This document shows, piece after piece, positions 13,249-24,802 of a stretch of DNA of 64,000 nucleotides. The stretch is from contig NC_057718.1 in assembly GCF_004010195.1 (NCBI RefSeq), positions 83,588,624 through 83,652,623 on the forward strand, given 5' to 3'. The DNA is from Chiloscyllium plagiosum. Its lineage: Eukaryota. The notes below the pieces were generated by a model. The model did not search any database and was not told the DNA's origin. It saw only the letters and a program-made list of their open reading frames with translations. Each line of letters opens with the position of its first letter. The stretch's first letter is position 1. The position numbers were made by a program, and so were the translations under genes.

Positions 13249-14734
13249 GGAGAAGGTGAGGACTGAAGAATCTGAAGATCAGCATCGAGAGTGTGGCGCT
13301 GAAAAACACAGCAGGTCAGGCAGCATCCCAGTAGCAGGAGAATCAATGGTTCTGGCATAAGCCCTTCATCAGGCATGAGGCTTGTGGGCCGGGAGGCTGA
13401 GAGATAAATGGGAGGGGTTTGGGGCTGGGGGGAAGGTGGCTGGGAATGTGATAGGCAGATGAAGGTTGGGGAGAAGGTGGTAGGCCAGAGAGGAGAGTGG
13501 AGCGGACAGATGGGAAGGATGATGGACAGGCGCTGAGTTGGAAGGTTGGATCTGGGATAAGGTGGTGGGAGGGGAAATGGGGAGACTGATGAAATCCACA
13601 TTGATGACCTGGGGTTGGAGCATCCCAAGGTGGAAGGTGACCTGTTTTTCCTCCAGGCTTTGGGTGCTTAAGGCATGGCGATGGTGGAGGCCCAGGACCT
13701 GCAAGTCCTTGGTGGAGTGGGGCGGGGCTGTGGAGTTGGTTGGTGTGGGTGTCCCAGAGATGTTCTCTGAAACATCCTGCAAATTGGTGTCCTGTTTCCC
13801 CGATGTAGAGGAGACGATACTGGGTGCAATGGTTACAGTAGATAACATTTGTGGAAGTACAGGTAAATTTCTGCAGAAGGTTCCTTTGAGGCATTGTACA
13901 GAGGTGAGGGAGGGGGTGTGGCACAGGTTTTGCACTTCCTGCAGTGGCAGGGGAAGGTGCTGGGAGTGGGGAGTGGACTGATGGGGGTATGGATCTGACA
14001 AGGGAGTCACGGAGGGAGTGGTCTCTCCAAAACACTGATAGGGGTGGGGAGGGAAATGTATCCCCTTTGGTGGGGGTCTGTTTGTAGGTGGCAGAAGTGG
14101 CAGAGGATGATGCAATGTATATGGAGGTTAATGTGGTGGAAGGTGAGGACCGGGGGGGTTGTATCCTTGTTGCATTGGGAGGGGTGGATTTCAAGGGCGG
14201 AGTTGTGGCAAGTGGAGGATATGCACTGGAGGGCATTGTTGACCATGTGGGAGGGGAAATTGTGGTCTTTGAAGAAGGAGGCCATCTGGGATTTTTCTAT
14301 GGTGGAATTGATCCTCCTGGGAGCAGAGGCAGATGAATTGGGAATAAGGGATGGTGTTTTACAGGAGCCAGGGTGGGAGGAGGTGTAGTCCAGGTAGCTG
14401 TGGGTGTCGTTGGGTTTTGTTGTGGATATACATGGTTAGTCGTTCGCCCGAGATGGAGATGGAGAGGTCCAGGAAGGGGAGGGAGGTGTCTGAGATGGTC
14501 CAGGTGAATTTGAGGTTGGGGTGAAAGGTGTTAGTGAAGTTCATGAACTAATCCAACTCGTCGTGGGAGCATGAGGCAGCACCAATACAGTCATTGATGT
14601 AGTGGAGGAAAAGGTGGGCACCCTGGCCCACAAGCCTCATTCCTGATGAAGGGCTTATGCCCGAAACGTCGATTCTCCTGCTCCTTGGATGCTGCCTGAC
14701 CTGCTGTGTTTTTCCAGCACTACACTCTCTACTC
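13249..14734 (-). mobile_element. Penelope-like retroelement (RT C-terminus plus GIY-YIG), 5'-truncated with inverted pLTR
   Basis: LFLHYINDCIG (YIDD-like), FHPNLKFT, LPFLDLSI, and FTCTSTNVIYCNHC...LYIGETG..FREH (GIY-YIG). pLTR at 13250-13400 with an inverted copy at 14620-14730. Imperfect TSD ACAAGTATAGTA/ACAAATAGAGTA. Confidence 0.92.
14638..14675 (+). ncRNA. Minimal hammerhead ribozyme motif (PLE family A), intact core
   Basis: CTGATGA(14643-49)-A-GGGC-TTAT-GCCC-GAAA-C-GTC; predicted cleavage after 14670; stem I weak. Confidence 0.7.
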
Positions 14735-14949
14735 ACAAATAGAGTACCCCAGTGCTAGAAATTGATCGAAAAACCCAACAGAGGTTAGGAGGTTTAGGAA
14801 GGGAATTCAAGGACCTTAATAGCCGAGGTCATAGCAAAAATTGTGTGGATGCATTTTTAAAACATGATACTGTATTATCTTGATAATATTAGTAGAAATC
14901 TTTTCACCACTATATTTTTTAAAATGTTGTTTTACTTTAAAATAAAAGT

Positions 14950-15150
14950 GTCAGCCTTGGCTGAATTGTAGCATTATCTCTTCGGAGACAGGAGATTGTA
15001 AGTTCAAGTTCCACTCCAAACACTTCTGTTGAGGGAATATTGCACTGTCTGAGGTGGTATATTTGGGATGAGATATTCAACTGACGCCCCATTTGACTTC
15101 TCCTTTCATATGGGTAGAAAAGATCTCATGTCACAGTTTCAAAGAAGAAT
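14950..15150 (+). mobile_element. Deu-domain SINE (SacSINE1/AmnSINE1-like) remnant; similar copies at about 24340-24600 (-) and 25270-25430 (+)
   Basis: tRNA-like head followed by TGAGGGAATATTGCACTGTCTGAGGTG...GATGAGATATT, resembling the recalled Deu domain. Confidence 0.55.
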
Positions 15151-15597
15151 GATAAAGGTAGAAAATAAGCAATATGAAGTCAACAAGTGACTTAGAAACA
15201 GATAATAAAAGCATTCATAGATTTTTAAAAAGGAATAGATTTGTGTAAGTAATTGTAAGTCCTTACACAGATAGACAAGACAAACTGCAATCAGAATATA
15301 GCAATGGCAGAGAATGAATTAATAATGTGTTTCTTTTTATAATGGAAGACACTAGAATTCAGATATAATAGAGAACCATGGCTTGAGCAAGTATGCGATA
15401 CTTCATGAAATAATACTGCAGAAAGTAATGGGACCAGAAGACTACATTGACGTCATGGGTGAATGGAAACATTTCTGAATGCTAAGCAGACCATGGGATT
15501 TGGGGATAGAAACAGAAGGTGATGTTGAGATATAATCTCAGACCTGATCTTATTGAATGGCAGAGCAGCTGAGAGATAGAAAGCTCCTATTTCTTAT

Positions 15598-15802
15598 AAT
15601 TTGGAGATGCCGGTGTTGGACTGGGGTGAACAAATTAAAAATCACACAACACCAGGTTATAATCCAATAGGTTAATTGGAAGCACACTAGCTTTCGAAGC
15701 ACCGCTCCTTCATCTATCACCTGATGAAGGAGCGTCACTCCGAAAGCTAGTGTGCTTCCAATTAAACCTGTTGGACTATAACCTAGTGTTGCGTGATTTT
15801 TA
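15598..15802. mobile_element. Palindromic non-autonomous PLE unit (family B)
   Basis: Inverted arms of about 75 bp; exact 12-bp TSD CCTATTTCTTAT at 15586-15597 and 15803-15814. Related copies at 24.1 and 44.0 kb. Confidence 0.85.
15718..15752 (+). ncRNA. Minimal hammerhead ribozyme motif (PLE family B), intact core
   Basis: CAC-CTGATGA-A-GGAG-CGTCA-CTCC-GAAAG-CTA^-GTG. Stem I CAC/GTG, stem II GGAG/CTCC, palindromic AGCT helix III; predicted cleavage after 15749. Confidence 0.75.
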
Positions 15803-18800
15803 CCTATTTCTTATGTTCTTATGAAAGAACAGTGGAGGCAATGTTTCCCAATAATGTTCTGACCCATATATATTCCTCAAAGAACATTACTAAAACAGAT
15901 TATCTGATCATGCTGGAGCCTTGGAATCCGCAAATTGACTGCCAAATTTCTTATGTTACAAAGTAAATGTCAAAAAAATATGTCATTAGCTGCAGAATGT
16001 GCAACATAACTGCAAGTTCTTATACTTTCTAATGCTCTGAAAACTTGTAGTTGTGTTTCTAAATGTTGTTAGCTTACAGTTAGAGTTAATTTTCTATTTG
16101 TATATAATGCATATATTCTGTCCTGCCTGACAGCTTGGAGAAAATAATGCACTGAAACAAATCTAAAGCTATCCCTATAGTATGTCAATATTTGAACTCT
16201 CTGTGTTGTCACCCAAAACCAATGTATGTATCCACCTCCCCTTTTCAGGAATGGATGAGATCAGCTGGGCAGCTTGTTTTTAGCTAGCTTCCCGCTAAGT
16301 CAGCCTCTTCTTAGCAGGCTTCTCTCCAACTCAGCAAGATAAAACAAAAAACTCTGCAAGTCATTGTTCAAGAATGGTCTCAGTAGGGTCTACAGATCAC
16401 CAATGTTAAAAATTCTTCAATGTCCACAGTAAACTTTGAATGATTTATTTTAAAGAAGCCATTGCAGATCTGTCCACAAAACCTAAAATAAATTTCCTTT
16501 TGTATAATCATGCAAAATGTAAATCCTCCAAGCAAAGTTAAATTTAAAGCACCTTCATAAACACGAGTATTTTGTGAAGTATAACTTTCTTGCTTTTGTA
16601 TTTATGGCTCTATTTATAAAGCCTATATTGCCCATGTCCTTACAACTGCCTTCTCGACTTGGCCTGCCATCTCTGAAAAATCTCGGTTTTATTATACCAT
16701 AAAATATCTTTATTTAGGTACGTCTCAGTATATTTTAAATGCAAATATATTTTAACATTTTCAGGAAAATATTAAAGGTTTTTAAAAATGTATGTATTTC
16801 TGCTTTTATTAATTGACTAAATCATTGATTGAAATCTCAGTTCAAATGTATAGGAGGAGGAGGAAAATGAATGTATTTTTAGCAGCATAGTCTGTTGCTT
16901 CCTTATGGTGCAGTATCTTGATTTGTTTTCATTGGTTGCATGTTTCCATGGTAATGATTTCAGGAGTTGAATGTGCAGTGGGTGGGATTTGAAAATTGCC
17001 TTGGGTTGATAATAATTAGCTGACAGATGCATGTCATTTGACCTAGGTAATATATCTTTTTTTAAGTTAATGTGTTTCATAGAAAGGCTGGAGGAGATTG
17101 GCTCCTAAAATGTACAAATGAGCCAAAAGGTTTTTGTGTGTTAATTAACTTTGTTGTAAATGAGCATGATAAAAGGAAAGGTACTGCATTCTTCTAGCAG
17201 CTTTCATGATTTCAGAACAAGCCAAAGAATTCTACAGTCAATAGGTTACTTTGCAATATTTTGACTGATTATGTAATACTTAAAATACTTTGCCCAATTT
17301 TGCAGCTCAACAAATTCTCACAAGTTGCTGGCATTTGGAGCACTGCTGAGACCAGAGACTTGCTCAGCCCTAGGCAGGAGAGGACTCTGTAGTGTCAACA
17401 TTCAGGAACTTAATCCAAAGGCTCTGCTGGAGCAGCAGTGGCAGATAGGGATCTGAGATGCAATAGCCTTATTTGCACAGAAGCTGCATCATGCAGCAAA
17501 TCATGCCACTGTCTGGCTGCCTCCATGGACAGGATGGTGGCATCAATGGACTGACAGGGCCAGCATCCTCAGGGGCTGCTGAAGATGTGCTCACAACAGC
17601 ATTCCATGACCCCAACCCATTGGACTCCAGGACAGAAGGCATGGTGACAGGGGCTGGAGTCTCCCATGCCCACAAGGAAACAGGGCAATGCCAGGAGGCA
17701 CCCAGGTGGAAGTGGAATCACACACAAACACAGGCCCCCCCTGCATTTTGTACTCAGGACCTTGCAGAGGTGGCTAGGCCTTCCATCTCCACCCTGCCTG
17801 CTTCCCTCCAATTCTTGGAGGCACAAGCCATAGACAGTCAACTTACGCCTGGCAAGAAGACCAGTGGCATGTCTGGCCCACCTGGACATGTGCTCCTGGG
17901 GTCCCCACCAAACTTCAAAGCTAATGGGCTCTATTGCCCAGAAGCTCCCTCTAACCCAGCAGAACCGATGAGATACTATGTTGTAGTGGAAGGGGAGAAA
18001 GAAGAAAACCCAAGTGAGAGCGTTTTGGTGGTAGAGGTAAAAAAGGTTTATATGCCCAAATTGGTTTCACTCATGGGATGTGGGTGTTGCTGACTGGCCA
18101 GCATTTATTGCCCATCCCTATCTGCCCTTGAACTGAGTGGCTTGCTAGGCCATTTCAGAGAGCAGTTGGTGTCAACCACATCATTATGGGGATGGAGTCA
18201 CATGTCACCCAAACCAGGTGAGAGTGGAAAATTTCCTTCCCTCACATTAGTAAGACAAATGGGTTCTTCTGACAATTGCCAATGGTTTCATGAAGATCAG
18301 TATGTTCTTAATTCCAATTCTTTTTCCTAATTAAATTCAAATTCCACATCTGCCATTAGCTGAATTTCTGGATTAATAGCCGTGATAATACTGCTAGGCC
18401 ATTGCCTTCCCTCTGTCTCTCTCTGTGTAAGCACTTCACGCCATCAGGCAGCATTTCATGGCCACAGGTGAGACTTTATAGATGGAGGTCTGTGCTGAGA
18501 ACCTGTAGCATTATCTGGAAGTAACAGGGAAAATGCATACCTCTGCTATTGGCTCATGATGACACCTTCATCCTTCCTCATTCAGCATCCTTTATGTTTT
18601 GCTCCTACTATGCACAAAAGTATAGCTGTGAATGAATTGTCCACCAGGAAGCTTTAACTCACAGAGAGGGTCAATGCTGTAGGATGGCCCGGGAATAAGT
18701 AACCTGCATGTCTTTGTGCTGTACATCACATGGGTGTGTGTCCAATGCTATTTCCTTTTTAGAACCCTCTGATCAGTACTTACCGCAGCGTCATCCCTCA

Positions 18801-20404
18801 GAGGTGAAGTCACTTACCCACTGACTCACAGCCATTTACTTCCACATTGCAGACTTTAGAATTGCATCACAATGGTAGATGACAGTGAGTACTCCTCTTC
18901 CAGTGGCTTTTAGCCTCAGCCTGAATGTGCCAGTGAGACCTTAAATATCCACATCGCCTTCCTAGCAGCCCATCCCATGAACTCCACAGGCTTTCCAATT
19001 ACCCAGACTCCCCACTCATTGTGTACCACGCCTGTCCACCTTCTCCACCCAGTCCCTTTCTGGAAGCCAGAATGTTCCCAACTGTGGACAACACATCCTC
19101 CCACATTACGTTCTTCCAGGGTCAAGCCTACCCAGGACTTGCATCCGCCAGTTCAAGGGCTAACCTGCTGAAGCTCAATCCTGTGGCATGACTGAATAGC
19201 CCTGGGCAAGCTGTGCCCAGGCTGGTGTTTATATATCTGAAAGATTTGTATTGGAGCCAATGGACTGACTGTGACCCACTCACTGATCTGCACAAGCATG
19301 AGACCTGGGGGCAGCAAACACACCAACTGGACATTTGACCTTGGCCAATTTCCTGGGTGGCATCGAAGGCTGCCCATGATATATAATGTGTTAGACACCC
19401 TGACTGATGGGTGACTCCAGGGACTTCAGTGAGGACTAGTCCCTTAGACTCTGAAACTGGCTACACACTTGCTGCATGTGTAGTGTGTTTGCCACATAAA
19501 CTCACTGGCACATTCCAAGGTCCAGGTGCTGAGGGACATCCTAACATTTGGAGCAGCTGTCGCCAAGGCACAGTGGGGAAAGATCACCACTTAAGATCTT
19601 TCTGTTGAAGATAAATGGAGGTTGTTCAGTTTTTGGACCCTCCTGGTGCCTCAAATGTATGTAAATGTAGTCTTGTATAAGTAAGAAATGCCTTGCATTT
19701 GTTCTCCATATGTAAAGACTGTACAGAGCAGGACTACTTTAGTGACTATATATGTATGTAAAGTTTTTTTGCATATTTTTGAAACAAAAGAAAAACTGCC
19801 TGCACATGGTGCAGGTTTGAGATTGATGTAACACACCGCCATACAGCAAGATGTGTACCCCCTTAGACTGAGGACCACTAGTGACAGAGCAAACTGCCTG
19901 TGTTAATTGTCAAGACAAGACAAGGATGCTACAGATAGGCACTAAGTGAATGAACGCAAACAGAGCAAGTGAACATCCAAGAGATGCAGCCTGGTCCAGT
20001 GTCTGGGCTGGATGCCTGTCCCTATGTGGAATGTTAATACTCAGGTGGCCTGCAATACATATGTATGCCAATGGATAGTAGAAGTGCCAGAATGGTTGTG
20101 ATAAGGTGGCAGATGCCAGTGTCTGCGGACAAAGTCTGTATGTGGCTAGTGCCTGTGGATCATGCCCTGAGATGTTGTTGCTCAATGTCTGACGTAGAGA
20201 TCATTTGAAGCAAGTGGTGAGCTGATTCTGCCAGATAAGTGCCCTGGTTACTTAGCGAGGTTTCCTGACATCGAGCTTGTTTGGTGAGTTTGATAAGATG
20301 AGGTGAGTTATGGTGTTAACGAGTTGCTTAACAAATCACCTTCAGTTGCCATGTCGCCGATGCCTAGTGAGAATCTTGCAACATCGCTTGTGAAAAGTAT
20401 AAAA

Positions 20405-20605
20405 GATTAGATTACTTAGATTACTTACAGTGTGGAAACAGGCCGTTCGGCCCAACAAGTCCACACCGACCCGCCGAAGCGCAACCCACCCATACCCCTA
20501 CATTTACCCCTTTAACCTAACACTACGGGCAATTTAGCATGGCCAATTCACCTGACCTGCACATCTTTAGGACTGTGGGAGGAAACCGGAGCACCCGGAG
20601 GAAAA
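20405..20605 (-). mobile_element. HE1-type V-SINE, 5'-truncated
   Basis: Near-identical to 36670-36860; (ATTAG)n tail. Confidence 0.85.
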
Positions 20606-21009
20606 GATGTTGAGAGATGATCTGGATGTTGGCTTGGGTCTGGCTGGTCTTCTCTGACTCTGCCACACCTCCCCCACATCACTTAGACCCTGTCAGAGTC
20701 CTCCAGACAGGTTCAAGTTTCATCTTGCATGATGAGGCATCCTCAGTTTGTCTGTGTGAGAGTGTGTATATTGGGGGCGTGGGCGGAGAGGCTTGTTTCA
20801 AGTCAAGGCTTCACCAAAGGGGACACAGCGTTGACAGTGTCACTTTGAGAGGGAGAGAGGAGGAAACAGAAGTTAACAGCCGGAGTTGCAGGGAGATGCC
20901 AGCGAGGAGTGGAGTGTGAGACCAACAGAAACAAAGAAAGGAGAAGGCAGTGCAGAAGCAGAGCTAGGCTGAGCCCTGGATAAGCTGTGCCATTGTGTGT
21001 CTGAGCCAG

Positions 21010-21700
21010 TGCAGCCTAGGCCCGGACAGGTGACCCTGGGCAGTCCCGGAGCCTCGTCCACCATGTAAAATAGACCGGGGTGCTGGGGGGAGACAACCTG
21101 AGCTTTGGGAGGAGGGACAGATAAGGGAGAGGGGGTGGTGGGGGGTGGCAGGCTGGGGGGGGAGGTGGGTAAAGGGAGAGATGGAGAAGGGGGTTTGGAT
21201 GACTGGAGTCAGCCTGCTCCTCAGCGGCTCCGCTCTCCTGCTGCTGACCACGGCCATCTTCACTGACCACTGGTACGAGACCGACCCCCGGAGGCACAGG
21301 GCGGCCTGTGAGCGCGCTCCCGTCCCGGGGACCGGCGGAAGAGGAGGCGGCGGCGGCCGGGTCATGCCCATCCCGAACCTGCCGCTGAGGGAACGCAGCA
21401 AAGCCGAGGAGCCGGTGGTCCCGGGGGCCAGGGGGCCTCTGAAAGCCCTGGCCCCGTTCACCCCGGGCCCGGCCAGTGAGCAGGAGCTGCTGGAGAGCTG
21501 GCGATCGGTGCTGGGGCTCGGCGTCTTCGAGTCGGACTGCAGCCGTCCTCTGTTCGCCAGCTACACTGGGCTCTGGAGGAAATGTTACTACATGGGCATC
21601 GACCGAGACATTGACCAACTCATATCCAAGGGTAAGATCCAGGGGCTCATCGCCCTGGGCAAAACGGGGGCCAGAGATCCACCTTGTTCGAGTCGGTTTG
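21010..21700 (+). promoter_or_regulatory. CpG/GC-rich island over the TMEM178A 5' region and exon 1
   Basis: Dense CpG and high GC against an AT-rich, CpG-depleted background. Confidence 0.7.
21181..21631 (+). CDS. TMEM178A: TMEM178A coding exon 1 (claudin/PMP22-like four-TM protein)
   Basis: ATG in strong context (GAGATGG). Translates MEKGVWMTGVSLLLSGSALLLLTTAIFTDHWYETDPRRH...ESWRSVLGLG...CSRPLFASYTGLWRKCYYMGIDRDIDQLISK, matching recalled TMEM178A rather than 178B. Phase-1 donor G|GTAAGA at 21632. Confidence 0.95.
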
Positions 21701-23044
21701 TTTTGTGGATTTAGCAAAACGAGATTAGCTTTTTTTTTAATAGCAGCTGGTGTAAATCGCTGGGTGGTCTTTGAGTAGAAAATATTCATCCCTCTTGTTA
21801 CTAGGGGTCAAAGAATTGACTTGGGGAAAATGCTTTCGTCTGGGCGAAATGAGCCCCTGTGCCTGTTTTTAATTTTGGATTCAAAGGTATGTTTCTTCAA
21901 CGAACAAGGAGACGCAGGAGTTGCGCTTGGAGCTGGCGTTAGTGGGTTTTAGATCTAACTCAGTGTTCTTCATACCCGTGTGCATTTTTATTATCTTTTC
22001 CCAAGAGCACTGAACGTGTTAAAATGATCTGAAATTTCATAGTTTCGGCTAATTTGTGGAGGTCGGCGTGCGCCCAGGGGAGTTCGGTACAGAGTAAAGA
22101 TTGTATTTTTTATAAACATCCCCAAGGACTTCGCAGTCAGCCGAATATTTCAAAATGTCAAAAGAAATTCTGCCAATAATTTGTGCACAGCAACGATCTC
22201 TTTAGGTGTACACGAGGAATGATAGATTGACCTGTGCCTCGAGAGATTTAACTCCCCTGTTCTGCTTCCAACAGAACCTTAACATCTCCTGCTCAAACCT
22301 GCGGCTTGGGACTTCAATTCATGGAAAGTGAGAGTGTTACTGCTGAGTCAAAACTCACACTTGCAAAGCAGCTTATCTCGTGTCCTTTTTTTTATATCCC
22401 GAGCGTGAATCTGTTGCATTTGATCTATTTTTAGTTGTATTTCTTTTGAATTTTGGGGAATTTCTAAGTGTCTCGACTGGAGCTCCCCTGAAATGCAGTT
22501 GTTCCTGGACAATAGAGGCATGGGCATCCCAGCACTTGTCTGTGTTTAATTTCAGGTGGCTGGTAGTTGAGAATTAATGTAGCATGGGCTGAATTAACAA
22601 GGATATAACAGATAACAATATTGTTTCTTTATGGCAACATATAGTGCATTTTTTTTTATTCACATGGCTGGGAAAACTGTTATAGTTTGACAGAGAAAGT
22701 GAGGACTGCAGTGAGGACGGCTTGTGTCCGAAATGTCGATTCTCCTGCTCCTCGGATGCTGTCAGTTATAGTTTGATGTCAAGTTTAGCAATCTATTCAG
22801 CAGCTGAGCTCGGACGTTGTCATTAATTATGCCTCTTAAGAATGTTATCAGTATTTAGCTAAAACAATTAAATATATAAATGACCCTGATTTCATTGACA
22901 TATAACAAGAGTCCTGCATACCACTCAATTTTGAAATCTTTTCATCGAGAAAATGTATTTTTCTTGAAAATTGTGTTTTGAGGATGACGCTCAGTGCTGG
23001 AGACAGAGAGATAGTATCATATCTTAATTCAAGCCTCCCTGCTA

Positions 23045-23540
23045 AAGGAAAGATGTTGTGAAACCTGAAAGGGTTCAGAAAAGATTTACAAGAATGTTGC
23101 TGGGATTAAAGGGTTTGAGCTATGGGGAGAGGCTGAATAGGCTTGGGCTGTTTTCTCCGGAGCATCGGAGGCGGAGGGGTGACCTTATAAAATCATGAGT
23201 GGCATGGCTAATGTGAATAGCCAAGATATTTTCCCCAGGATATTGAAGTCCAAAATTAGAGAACATAGATTTAGGGTTAGAGGGGAATGATTTAAAAGGG
23301 ACCTAAAGGGCATCTTTTTCATACATAGGGCCATGTGTGCATGGAATGAACTGCAAGAGGAGGTGATAGAAGCTGGTGCAATAATAACATTTTAAAGGTT
23401 AATGAGTTGGAGGGGTTTGAAAGGAAATGGGCCAAATGCTAACAAGTGGGACGAGATTCATTTAGGATTTCTGGCCGGCATGGACGAGTTAGACCAAAGG
23501 GTCTGTTTCTCTGCTGTACATCTCTATGACTGTATGACTC
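23045..23540 (+). mobile_element. CR1 LINE 3' fragment
   Basis: RVQKRFTRML and RLNRLGLFS motifs; CTCTATGACT tail. Confidence 0.85.
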
Positions 23541-23696
23541 CCTTTGGGAATTGAGTACTCCCTGGTCCTCCATTGAATCACTGGGGATTCAGAGTTATGC
23601 TTAAGAGTTATGAGTTGTTTGAATCCCAACATTTGTAAAACCACATGAAGAGATCCAATATATAGCACCCATCAGAACCTGAGGGACTCTCTAAAG

Positions 23697-24017
23697 CACG
23701 GTGGCTCAGTGGTCAGCACTGATGCCTCACAGTACCAGGGTCCCAGGTTCTTTTCCAGCCTTGGGCGACTGTCTGTGTGGAGTTTACACATTCTCCCTGT
23801 GTCTGCGTGGGTTTCCTCCAGGTGCTCCAGTTTCCTCCCACAGTCCAAAGGTGTGCAGGTCAGGTGAATTGGCCGTGCTAAACTGCCAATAGTGTTAGGT
23901 GCATTAGTTCAGAGGGAAGTGGGTCTGGGTGGGCTATTCTTTGGAGAGTCAATGTGGGCTTGGGCTGAAGGGCCTGTTTCCACACTGTAGAGAACCTAAT
24001 CGAATCGAATCTAATCA
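23697..24017 (+). mobile_element. HE1-type tRNA-derived V-SINE, full length
   Basis: A box TGGCTCAGTGG, B-box-like GGTTC, V-domain-like core and (TAATC/GAATC)n tail. Confidence 0.85.
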
Positions 24018-24074
24018 CTTCACAGTTAATGACTTACTTATGGAAGTGCAGTCACTGTTACATAGGAAAAGACA

Positions 24075-24291
24075 TGATTTGGAGATGCTGATGTTGGACT
24101 GGGGTGTATAAAGTTAAAAATCACACAACACAAGGTAATAGTCCAACAGGTTTAATTGGAAGCACATTGGCTTTCGGAGCGCCGCTCCTTCATCAGGTGA
24201 CAACCACCTTTGAAGGAGCGGCGCTCCAAAAGCTAGTGCTTCCAGTTAAACCTGTTGGACTATAACCTGGTGTTGTGTGATTTTTAACTCT
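24075..24291. mobile_element. Palindromic PLE unit (family B) in intron 1
   Basis: Inverted arms, each with a mutated hammerhead. TSD GAAAAGACA/GAAAAGATA at 24066-24074 and 24292-24300. Confidence 0.85.
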
Positions 24292-24649
24292 GAAAAGATA
24301 CCAGTTTACAAGGTTCTGCAAACAGCAGTGATATAAATGACCGTGTTGGTGGTTGAGGGATTACTATTGGCCAGGATACAGCAAGATCTCCCATGTGCTT
24401 CTTCAAATAGTGCTATGTCAAATCTTACACCTAGCTGATCAGGCAGTTGCAGTTTTGGTTGAATATCGCAACCAAACAAAATACAACATTGACTGTGCAG
24501 CACTCTCGAAAGCCAGGATTAATTACTTAAATCCTGGAATGAAATTTGAAAGCATTACCTTCAGATTCAGAGCAAGGAAGTGCTACCACTGATATAAAGC
24601 TAACACCTGTATGACAGCATAATAATATAAAACAGCTGTTATTGTTGGA

Positions 24650-24802
24650 CATCTGAAACAAAAACAGAAATTGCTGAAGAAACTCAGCAGGTCTGGCAGC
24701 ATCTGTGGAGAGAAATCAGCTAACGTTTCAGATCTGATGGTCTTTATTCAGAACCTCTTCAGAGCTTCTGAAGAAGGGTCACTGGATTCAAAATGTTAAT
24801 CC
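24650..24802. mobile_element. PLE pLTR palindrome (family C), degenerate hammerhead
   Basis: CTGAAGA-A-GGGTC-ACTG-GATTC-AAAA-TGTT on +, with an inverted partner at 24720-24755. Confidence 0.65.

Noticed and set aside
17290..20400. GC-balanced block with a 206-aa ORF (17473-18093); possible Harbinger/Myb-SANT transposon remnant
   Set aside because: Non-ATG start, no domain, TIRs or TSD that I can support. Needs RepeatMasker or tBLASTn.
21145..21714. 189-aa ORF as a complete single-exon protein
   Set aside because: It starts at GTG upstream of the true ATG (21181) and reads through the donor at 21632. Homology continues in exons 2-4.
20964..21789. Long antisense ORFs (165 and 257 aa) over exon 1
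   Set aside because: Expected in stop-poor GC-rich sequence; no recognisable protein features.
23697..23770. tRNA gene
   Set aside because: The A and B boxes belong to a SINE head; there is no cloverleaf.
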